Shown: piece after piece, positions 38,278 through 48,172 of the stretch
Position numbering within the stretch: position 1 is the stretch's first letter
How the letters are laid out: every line of letters starts with the position of its first letter
Assembly (NCBI RefSeq): GCF_001194135.2
Contig: NC_068992.1
Location: 26,462,440-26,510,611 of the forward strand
Direction of reading: 5' to 3'
Length of the DNA stretch: 48,172 bases
From: Octopus bimaculoides
Lineage: Eukaryota
Made by a program: the position numbers and the translations under genes
Notes under the pieces: generated by a model
The model's input: only the letters and a program-made list of their open reading frames with translations
The model's database searches: none
Told to the model about the DNA's origin: nothing

Positions 38278-38653
38278 CCTTTTTTGAAATCGTTGAAAAT
38301 GTATTGAATTCTTTTGGTCAGTTGTCATTCTGCGCAGCTGCAAAAACAGAGGACCCTTTCATGGGATGGTTGATGTCAATTCAATATGTCAATTTCGTTT
38401 TGGGCATTTTTTGTCAGTTGTCACGTTATCCAGCTACTGAAAATAGATTCCATCAAAATTGCTGAGGAAGAAAGATTATTGAGTGTGCATGTGTGATTAA
38501 GCACATGTGTGTGAGTGTGAGAGTGACTTTGTGTGGGTTGTGTGTCGGTTGCTTTAAGTGAATTTTTCCAGTTATTTTAGTAACAATTACGAGAAGATTT
38601 TAATAGCTAAATTTAGGCATAATCGTTTTCATAAGATTACTACCCTATGAACA

Positions 38654-38702
<49 letters not shown>

Positions 38703-39277
38703 TCACTCACGCAAAAATACACACACGCACACATATAGCATAATAGAAATCATATGTAAACATTTATGCCTAAATTTATCCGTTTGATACTTCTTGGTTT
38801 TATGCATTGTATAAATATATGTATTAATATATGTATTTTCCCAAATGAATAGAAATGTCTTTCCTAATAATTTTTCCACCCAGAGAAACATGCACGCGCT
38901 CGCACACACACGCACAGNNNNNNNNNNNNNNNNNNNNNNNNNNNNNNNNNNNNNNNNNNNNNNNNNNNNNNNNNNNNNNNNNNNNNNNNNNNNNNNNNNN
39001 NNNNNNNNNNNNNNNNNNNNNNNNNNNNNNNNNNNNNNNNNNNNNNNNNNNNNNNNNNNNNNNNNNNNNNNNNNNNNNNNNNNNNNNNNNNNNNNNNNNN
39101 NNNNNNNNNNNNNNNNNNNNNNNNNNNNNNNNNNNNNNNNNNNNNNNNNNNNNNNNNNNNNNNNNNNNNNNNNNNNNNNNNNNNNNNNNNNNNNNNNNNN
39201 NNNNNNNNNNNNNNNNNNNNNNTATATTTACTAACCTCTTCATTCCTTACTAAAAAGCTCTTTTTATTTTCGAAGTT

Positions 39278-39553
39278 AGATATTTCTAAACTAACCACAC
39301 ATCCCAACTTATTATTAGGAATTGAACGTAAAATAGCATAAGCAAACAAAAAATATAACTCAGGCTTAATATGAATAGGACTAACTAATGGATTCGCAGG
39401 AATAACATTTTCTGCATTCCCCAATATATTTGGAAACAATAAACTTAACTCAACCAATGCAAATAATATAACAAGAAATCCTACAATATCTTAATAACTA
39501 TAACAATGATGGAAAGGAATTTTATCTAAATCTCTATTTAATTCCAACGGATT
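39278..39553 (-). pseudogene. cob: NUMT: fragment of mitochondrial cytochrome b
   Basis: NPLELNSDLDKIPFHHCYSY*DIVGF...[45 protein letters not shown] in invertebrate mito code (AGA=Ser in NSDLD); in-frame TAA, PEW to PEL (TGA to TTA), one extra codon. Confidence 0.95.
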
Positions 39554-39641
39554 TTGTGTTATCTCTATTATATATCATAATTTGACTTTGTTTTCATTTT
39601 TAGTTTTAATTTTATACGTTAGGTTTTTTGATATATATATA

Positions 39642-39673
<32 letters not shown>

Positions 39674-39880
39674 ATCGTTGATTTCTTGATGTTTTTTTGT
39701 ATATGTGTTGTGATTTATTTAATATTTTTGCAAGGGTATTAAGTAATTTTATTAAATGATTAATAGGATTATTTTATTTAAACATATTTAAACCAATTGT
39801 TTGGAAAACAACCATACTCTTTATACTAATGAAATTAAACCAGTTTTGATAATTTTAATCCTATATATTATTCCTAAACA

Positions 39881-40045
39881 TTAAGAATTTATAACACTCT
39901 GACCAACACAAATGATAGAAGTTAACAAGCCTCCTCATAAACACATAACAATTAACATAAGTATATAACCTCTGCCTAAAAACTTAGACGAACCTATAAA
40001 TCGTATAACTCCTTAACCTCTTAACACTCTAGCCAAAACTATTGA
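39881..40045 (-). pseudogene. nad4: NUMT: fragment of NADH dehydrogenase subunit 4
   Basis: Mito-code translation SMVLASVL(LKL absent)SG*GVMRFMG...LIVMCLWGGLLTSIICVGQSVMNS resembles the conserved ND4 GSMxLAGVLLKLGGYGxxR...WGxxxTSxICxxQSDxKS region; TGA read as Trp. Confidence 0.75.
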
Positions 40046-40138
40046 TAATTTACATCAGCATATCTTTTAGCGAACATTTCTTTGATTGAAAGCCTATATA
40101 CTTATACGTTCCTCTTCTTGCCTATTATCACCTCCACT

Positions 40139-40709
40139 CAGATACGTCGCGTGACTTTTAGAGGCCCCCTGTAACTTATTGTTTCGAGACGCCATCCTTT
40201 CATTCAAAATTCATTATCTACGCATCTTTTATTCATAGCCATATTTTACTTTATTCTATCTGAAGTTCAAAATTCCGCGTTATCCTAAAGAACATCTTTA
40301 AAATTACAAGTCAAATTTATTTAGGTCTGTTACAAATTTGAAAGAGCACTTTTATAATCCAGGCAAATTTGAAAGAGCACTTTTATAATCCAGGCAAATT
40401 TGAAAGACAAACACGGCGCAATTTTCGCTTCGCGATATCATCGATCAGTTCAGAATAATCAAGCGGAGAGCTAGGTTCCTGTTCAATAGATATCATAGAT
40501 AATCCACAAAGTCTGGTACACGTTCGTGGTACAATGCATTACCATTTTATGTCTTGAAATTTCCAGTTAACATAGTTTAATTGTAGTTCAGCATCTTAAA
40601 CAAAACAAATAGCTGACATCTACGTACTTTGATGTTACTATGGGGCAAGTCAACTGCGGAGGCCCCTGCGACCGCAGGGGTTGCAGGGGCTTAGTGACGG
40701 ACGGCCCTG
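40139..40709. mobile_element. Non-autonomous hAT-type DNA element (571 bp) with 8-bp TSD
   Basis: CCTCCACT at 40131-40138 and 40710-40717; degenerate TIRs CAGATACGTCGCGTGACT vs (reverse complement) CAGGGCCGTCCGTCACT; GC-rich subterminal palindromes at 40662-40690. Confidence 0.75.
40333..40406 (+). repeat. 31-bp tandem repeat, 2.4 copies, inside the hAT-type element
   Basis: CAAATTTGAAAGAGCACTTTTATAATCCAGG at 40333 and 40364, partial at 40395. Confidence 0.92.
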
Positions 40710-40835
40710 CCTCCACTAATATTCACTTATGAACATTAACGGAGATTTATGATTACTCAAAGTATATGTGCTTTCAATCTGAACTGTCACAGAAATTCAA
40801 ATATATTTGTTTTATTGCTGATATTTTTTTTATTC

Positions 40836-41102
40836 TTTTATTCTTTTACTTGTTTCGGTCGTTTGACTGCAGCCATGCTGGAACCACACCTTAAAAGGTT
40901 GCAGTCGAAGAAATCGACCCTAGTACTTATTCTTTGTAATCCTCGTACTTAATTTTGTACTTATTCTTTTAATCCTCGTACTTATTCTATCGGTCTTTTT
41001 TTCACCGAATCGCGTGGTTACAGGGAGATAAACACACCAACATCGGTTGTCAAGTGATGGTGGGGGCACAAACACAGACACAACAAAACACACACATAAA
41101 TA
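40836..41102 (-). mobile_element. 3' half of a SINE (family of 7440-7790), cut at its internal microsatellite
   Basis: TCTTTTACTTGTTTCGGTCGTTTGACTGCAGCCATGCTGG...GTCGAAGAAATCGACCC...AAACACACCAACATCGGTTGTCAAG...ACACACACATAAATATAT. Confidence 0.78.
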
Positions 41103-41104
41103 TA

Positions 41105-42190
41105 TCAGGTCATCCCATAAGTTCTGTCCGAATTTTGATCAAATGTTATATTTAATTGGAATTTGATCATCAAAGTACTTTCCCTTACTATCTATGACTT
41201 CCTTCCATCTATTTACAAGATTTTAAATCCCATCAACGTAAAACTCATTTGGTTTCAAAGCGAAGAACTCTGAAATGTCAGTTTCAACCTCCTCCTGGAT
41301 TGCGAAGGTTATGTATCCCAAATGATTCTGCAAGTTACGAAGCAAATAGTACTCTGAAGGAGCAAGAGTGGCAGAATAAGGTGGATGAGGATGTTTTTCC
41401 CAACGAAGCTCTTCGATCTTCTTTGATGAGATCTTTGCAGTGTGGGGTCGCACAGTGTCCTGATGAAACTTCACTCTTTTCGATTCACTAAAGTGAGTCT
41501 TTTTTTTCTTCAAAGCTTGGTTCAGACGCTCTAATTGCTGACATTAGACTTGAGCATTGATTGTAGAATTAGGTGGTAACAATTCAGAGTGAATTACTCC
41601 TTTGCAATCCCACCAGATAGAGAGAAGGAACTTTTTCCCATGAAGTTCCCTTCTCAGCTTTGGTTGAGCTTTTTCCCCTTTTATCAAGCCACTGTTTATG
41701 ATATTTAACCTTTCGATAGATCCATTTTTCGTCACTAGTCACAAGTCTATCCAAAAAGGGTGAAATGTCTTCGCGAGAATGGAGAGAATAGCAGATGTCC
41801 ACTGGGGATTTGCGGTTGCTTTCGGACAATTCATGAAGCACCCATTTTCCAAGTTTAGGAACCATTCCAAGTTGTTGAAGATGACGGTGAACAGTTGTTG
41901 TATGGTTTGAACTAATCTTTATTGCCAATTCTTCAACTGAAAATGAAGGATTTTCTTCAAGTAATGCCTCAAGGAGCTTATCATTAAACTCAACTGGATG
42001 TCCTGTTCAATCTTCATCTTCAAGGCTGAAATCTCCCCCACTGAATTTTGCAAACCATCTTCTGCAAGTTCTTTCATTCAAGCATTCTTTCCCATAAACT
42101 GAGTGTATGTTTCTAGTTGCTTCGGCTGCAGAGTTTCCCTTTTTGTACTCATAAAGCATTTGGCATAGAATTTTTTTCTTTTTCCCTTAT
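41105..42190 (-). mobile_element. Decayed mariner (DD34D-type) transposase with one TIR
   Basis: MLYEYKKGNSAAEATRNI...RRWFAKF (HTH), KWVLHEL (WVPHEL), VTSDEKWIY, IWWDCKG, FHQDTVRPH (HDNARPH), HPPYSATLAPSEY (YSPDLAPSDY); stops and frameshifts; TA|TCAGGTCATCCCATAAGTTCTGTCCG terminus at 41103-41130; other TIR not found. Confidence 0.92.
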
Positions 42191-43052
42191 TTATAATTGT
42201 TTATAATTGTCACCTTAAATGGTATTTTAATATACTGGTCACTCCTATTTTAGAAGTATATGGTGCGTTATGTTCTTAATGATGCGTTATGTTCATGCGC
42301 AAAACATTCTATGAGACAGTGCTCTACGATCACTTCAACGCCTGACACGTGACACACATTGCACCCGTTCAGACAACGTCGATTCGATTGAGAGAGTAGA
42401 GTGCACAGCACATACATTTGATCACTCTAAGCAAATCATTTGTGCAGGTTGTTTCATAAAAACTAAACACTCATACGCAGTCTTCGACGAGAGAATCCAT
42501 CATTATCAACAACAGCAAAATTATCACCATGATCATCAATATCATCGTTATATCCATATGTGTGTGTTTGTATGTGAATGGGTATTTGAACGTATAGGCG
42601 ACGAGAAATACATATATAAGAGAGTACACTATAACCGAGTAAACTTGTCACATTGGGAACATTCTCCTATATTGAATGTATCAATCTGAAAATATCGATA
42701 TTTCTCAAGTATGTTTACCGAAGATTTACCACTTCCTAGTATTTTTCTTTTTATTCAAATTTAATATCATATGTTATATGTAAATGATATCTGCGACGGA
42801 TATATTTTCCCTGCTAGAAATGTAGGCAAGTTTTAACGGCAATGACTTCCTACATGAATTAATATTATGTTCAATAAAAGGATATTCTTTGCAAAACGTA
42901 TAATCACACGCACCTGCTCATACACACACACACACATACACACACACATACGAACACACACATAAACACATAAACACATATACTAACATACACATATGGA
43001 GGGAGATAGATCGAGACTGAGAGACATATAGATAGATTGGCAGATATACACT

Positions 43053-43119
<67 letters not shown>

Positions 43120-43597
43120 AAACATATACATATATGTGCGTATAAATATACATACATACATACGCACACATATATACTAATATATGCGTAAATATACTTT
43201 ATATGCATGATTTAAATTTCAGTTAACATTGATTTCCTGCCTAACCTCTGACACGAACATGGAAAACTGACCCATCATGTACACTGACGACAGACTACTT
43301 GGAAGGAATCTTAGCGCTTCGCATCATTTCTGTTTGAAACAGCTGTCAGGGTTAACTTGTACATTTTCCTTCTTGTCATTCAGTTATAGTTGTTACTTAT
43401 GACGACCTGCCTTAACCTAATACCATATACCAATATTACAGGCTGAGCTTATAAATACGCCAGGAGTAAACATACATATATCACAATCATTATAAACGTT
43501 CGTCAATGGGTCTTTTATTGAATTGTGTTGTATACTCATGAAGCGTTCTTTTCTAACTTCAAGTTATGTTAGTATACAAATACATAAATGGCATAAT

Positions 43598-43923
43598 GTG
43601 AAGGCGCGTGGCTTAGTGGTTAGGGCATTCGGCTCACGATCCTAAGGTCGTGACTTAGATTCCCGGCGACGCGTTGTGTCCTTGAGCAAGATACTTTATT
43701 TCACGTTGCTCCAGTTCACTCAGCTGGCAAAAATAAGTAGCACCTGTATTTCAAAGGGCCGACCTTGTCAGGCTATGTGCCACGCTGTGTCTCCCTGTGA
43801 ACTATGTTTCGGGGTACACGTGTCTGTAGATTGCTCAGTTACTTGCGCGTTAATTTCACGAGCAGGCTATTCCATTGATCGTATCAGCTGGGACCCTCGT
43901 CGTCGTAACTGATGGAGTGCTCC
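43598..43923 (+). mobile_element. Full-length tRNA-derived SINE with 13-bp TSD (1 mismatch)
   Basis: GTGAAGGCGCGTGGCTTAGTGGTTAGG A box; GTGTCCTTGAGCAAGATACTT central block; TSD TAAATGGCATAAT (43585-43597) / TAAATAGCATAAT (43924-43936). Confidence 0.88.
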
Positions 43924-44039
43924 TAAATAGCATAATCTAGTCAGATTAGGAAATTTTATATATTTTAAACCTTATAAAAATGTTTATAATTTCAGTTTGC
44001 TTTTTTCATTAATCTCCAACGAAACAGGAAGCATTTCAC

Positions 44040-44400
44040 TGACAATTTTCCCATTTCGTGGTAGCAGGCCCTCATTTAGGATGCCATATTCTGTGACACC
44101 TTCTCCAGTTTGGTGCGGTCAGCTACCAACCTACGCTTCATTACTCATCAGGCTGAGAAAGACAATGTGTCTTATATATCGGTCACTCTCTGACAGGTTT
44201 ATGCTCGAGCCTGTAACAGTGAAGATCTCCAGCGTTCTTGACTCCGGACCATATATCGGCTCACCGCTATTGCAGCGAGCATGACTGTCCGCAAGTGTGA
44301 GCCCCGTGAATCAGAGTGGCTGTTTCAGCGCATCTCCGGTGCTATCCTCCGGGACGCCTTTTCTATTCTGCCTGCTTGGGCCAGGAAGGTAACTTATGAC
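44040..44400 (+). mobile_element. 3' fragment of a CRE-clade-like non-LTR retrotransposon (RLE domain)
   Basis: With frameshifts: LTIFPFRGSRP..DA.CDTF...QAEK...YRSLSDRFMLEPVTV...RESEWLFQRISGAILR.AFSIL, matching the CRE-type RLE pattern (PW..G..L.WD.TC.DT...PVAVET...FL.QR.S.A..RGNA). Confidence 0.65.
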
Positions 44401-45252
44401 AACGTTTAACCGCAGAATTAATGAAAAAGCTTATGCTACTATACATATACATATACATACGTACTACTAAAACCTTTAGTTATCAATTTAAACAATAATA
44501 ATAATAACTTTACGATGAAAGTAGACAAACAAAGTTTGTCTTTAGAAGCATTGAGATGTATTGTAAATACAGAAATATTTTTTTTCTGTATCTTACAATA
44601 ATAATAATGTTAATGAGTGAAGCTTTTTCGCTTTACTATTTAAATCAATATTTCACTTGAAAGAAAAGTATGAATGTGCATATTTTTGATACTGCTTTTT
44701 AAATGTAGAATGTGTTTGCAAACCGAGCTCTATCAATACTTTGCTTTATATTTTATCGGGCAATGGCGAGCACTATGTAAAAAAGAACGAACAGACGTTT
44801 TCTGAGATGGCCAAAATCTTCTCCCAAAATACTCCTATGTCAGCCTTGATTTGATGTTCATTTATTTTGAAGAACTTAATATCAATGTTATGGTTTCTTC
44901 TTTCATTTCAACGAGATGTACCTCCAATAATTTATTTACTACTTTTAACGCAAAAAAATTAATATTACCCCCACAAAGAGAAAAGAGTTGATGGGAAACA
45001 CTACTGCACACCAATCAGTTTCTTTAAGATCGTCTACAAACGTATCCGTGCACTAATATTTAAATCTATTCATTTCCTGGAACTAGAGGCTGCATAGAAA
45101 TATTCATATGTTCCTCAGCCATTAATATGCAGAGTGACTTCAATATCTACTGCCGCTAACTTGAGCCACTCATAATTTCGACTAAATACAATTTTGTATA
45201 TTTATTTAGACATGTATAATACATATATGTGTCTATTTTGTGTGTGTAGGTG

Positions 45253-45288
<36 letters not shown>

Positions 45289-46109
45289 GTGTGAGTGTGT
45301 CTGTGTGTGTGTGTGTGTGTGTGTTTTATGCACATATGTTTCTTAGAAACTTTTCTCTCGCAATTTACGAACATATTTCAAAACTTTTATAATTTCTGAA
45401 AAGTCTTTCATCAATATCTTGGTAATTGAAAATCTAAGAGTCGTCCATCATTTTCCTCTGAACACAGTTTCTATTATAATAACTGTTAAATTTTCACTCA
45501 TATGTTATGACTATAAAATTATTGACCAAATATAATGGCAAGCATAACCGATTGAAATTTACTGGAATTGAAATCATAATTATGAAGATATCAACAGCTC
45601 TTGCCTGATTAATTTTGATTAGTTTTCATGAATTATATAACGTTTCCCAAAATAAAGCAGAAATAAGATTAATAATAGCTTACGTACGCGAGACGTGTAC
45701 CTATGTAACTAACATGAGATGAATTCATTGCCGCTGATTTATATTATTATATTCTACAAGAAAATATTTATCTTTAAATTAGAATGTGTAGCTGTAGTTA
45801 AAATGTAATTTTTACAACTTTTATAAACATCATTTTAAATATACAGTTTTGGCGAGACTACCTTGCAAATACATGGAATTTCCTTAGGCAAAGTGTCACT
45901 TATTTTTTTAAGACAGTAGGCTTGCTGTTATTTTTAGCAACCAGATTTGTAACTTTGTCTTTTGTTCTAATTTATGTTTTATTTGTTGTTCAAATACTTT
46001 CGAACATGACATTAATACAAAATCGCGTTTTCTATATATAAATACAACAGATTGTCTCCCTTAGTTCCACTGAATTGAATGCGAAATGTTTCTCTGCATG
46101 AGACCAGTC

Positions 46110-46395
46110 ATAAGGCAATGTAAACGGAAAATATCATACAGTTGCTGCCCCAATATGAAGAATATTATAACTCATAAAAATCACCAAGATCTCAATCCCA
46201 TTTGTAACTGTCGAGATTCTGAAGCTTGTCCACTTGACCAATGTGCACATTTACAAATATTGCCACAGTGTCAGGCATCATACAGGTCAATCACTGGTCT
46301 GTTACATTTCAGCGAGTAAGAGTAACAAAGGAGTGTCCTTCGCTCGATGTAGAACAAATGTCACCAAGGGCAAACTTTGGAGGGCAATTATGAAA
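46110..46395 (+). mobile_element. Penelope-like element fragment (RT-to-GIY-YIG linker and start of endonuclease)
   Basis: KISYSCCPNMKNII...CNCRDSEACPLDQC, then shifted IYK...YIS; the K.SYSC.PN and CNCR.{4}CPL motifs characterise the Zn-binding linker of some Penelope-like clades. Confidence 0.7.
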
Positions 46396-48172
46396 GATAT
46401 ATACATACACATATACACATGCATATACACAAGTGAGGCAGGCTTACTGCATTGTTTCCATCTATGAAATACTATCAACAATTACTTTGTCAACAAGTAG
46501 CAATAGAAGTCATTTGCCACAGAGGCTGCACAATTCCGTAGAACTCAGAATCACGTGTTTTTCAAGCATCCCAAGTCTCGTTATCCTGATTAGAGATAAT
46601 GTATGAGACATTCCCATTATCAATTTTTACAGTTGCATTCTGGGGCCAAACATAGTAAACCAGATATTCATCAAATTTACTAATAATAACCTTATTTCAC
46701 TGTGAAATATTCGTGAATTAGAGCATACTACGATATGTCCAATTTCGCTTTCCCCTTTCGGTGATGTCATCTCTAAAGGCATCAGTTGCAATTTCAGTGA
46801 ACATAAAACGTAACGAAAATCGACTTTAGATCATTACGACATTAGCATTAATAGCCAAAAGTATTCAGATAGCGTCTGACTAACCAATTGTAATTGTAAA
46901 GTTATTTAAATTCGATGATAACAGAATTAAAAGTAGAGAAGACTGGCAAAGTTTAGAAAATTCCTATAAACGTGACATAAAAGAAGACTGATTTATTTCA
47001 GTTGCTTCTTCATCTGTAAAGTTAAAAGTTTCCTACAAGTTGCGAAGACACTGAGAACGACTAAATATTTTGCACTCATATTTCATTGTAAATTATTACA
47101 GTAGTGTGAGAGTTAGCGTTTGATAAACAAAAATGAAGAACGATTACGAATATATCATAAACACTACAGTGGGAATAGTATTCTCAAATCTAAATACGTT
47201 GTGAAATGGACAGTGTCAAATTTACAACGAGATGACATAAATTACTCTGTTGGGGTTGGTATTTGATGATATATTGAAGTATTGAAGAAATATTCTTCTG
47301 AAGAACAGCAATTATTTAGATAGCAAACTTGTACACTTGTACATTACTAAGATTTTTCACTTTTATTTTAGTTCTTAAACTGTTAAACATTGTATGTTGC
47401 TGCACTTTTGCCCCTGAATTGCAATGAGTAACAGATAGTCAAGATAGATTTGAGAACGATTTAGTTATTATTTCTAGTTATTAGAGCCTCTATATTCTCT
47501 ATTTCTATATTCTGTGCGTGTATTTTTATATTCTAGTGATTAGTCCTTCTATATTCTCTAGTTGTATATTAGTGAATGGTACCAAGACGTAAAATACCTT
47601 AATATCATATCCCATTCAATGTAAAGATATAACGAAGAAACTGTAGGTAAGAAGTATTGATATTAAAGATAAATTTCCAATAAGTGAAACACGATTTGAT
47701 GGTTCAAAATCCTGTTGAAATTTGTTCCTTCAGCTTTCAACATTCATCTTATTTATAATAGAATTTGTCAGGTAAAAACAGTTATAACTGAAGGTTAGAA
47801 ATTGTTCTTCAGTCGAGTAATTTCAAAGTGCATTAGCAGTAAGCATTCCGTCTTTGTACAAAGTATACGGTTATGTAGTCTACAGTTCCCGTTCTCTTCT
47901 TTAAATAACATGCCGTAATTCTAGTCATTTTTATCGGCAATTTTAGCAGGTGTTATAGTAACATGTAGATTTGCTCACAGGTAACACGAACTAACACTGT
48001 TCGATTTTTGTGAGTATAAAGGCTTCGGGGTGAAGGAAGCTGGATATGAACAACACTGTAAATGACATGATATAACAACCTGAATTTAGATTGCTTTTCT
48101 CTATGTTAGTGTATAGTAATTAGTATATGTGTATGAATATATGTATGTATATATATATATATATATATATAT

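Noticed and set aside
38864-39457. Functional cytochrome b or a mis-joined mitochondrial contig
   Set aside because: In-frame stop, loss of the PEWY Trp, indels and interspersed nuclear repeats indicate a decayed nuclear copy.
42444-42466. CAGGTTGTTTCATAAAAACT as the missing mariner TIR
   Set aside because: It is in direct rather than inverted orientation and only loosely similar.

Overview
AT-rich eukaryotic draft-assembly window with 11 N-gaps (mostly abutting microsatellites), most consistent with an octopod cephalopod: it carries a cephalopod-like cytb NUMT and tRNA-derived SINE families I recognise from memory as octopus-type (no search run). I find no intact protein-coding gene; nearly all ORFs in the track are microsatellite or N-run artefacts. 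The window is a mosaic of tRNA-SINEs, decayed non-LTR retrotransposons (a head-to-tail nest of R4/Dong-like fragments in (TAA)n tracts, a CRE-like RLE fragment, an ancient RTE-like RT relic), a Penelope-like fragment, a dead mariner, a hAT-type element with 8-bp TSD, two fold-back elements, a compound cob+nad4 NUMT and a 30-bp minisatellite rich in TTCN3GAA. The strongest unannotated signal is a complete minimal type I hammerhead ribozyme (214-258, minus strand; intact core, palindromic helix III) inside a ~235-nt hairpin-rich element. Several sequence-unrelated, degenerate hammerhead-like motifs occur elsewhere (8250, 12892, 16960/17445, weaker at 2872 and 22675), suggesting multiple ribozyme-bearing retrozyme/Penelope-terminal-repeat-like families. 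All structures were paired by eye; no folding, alignment or database search was run.
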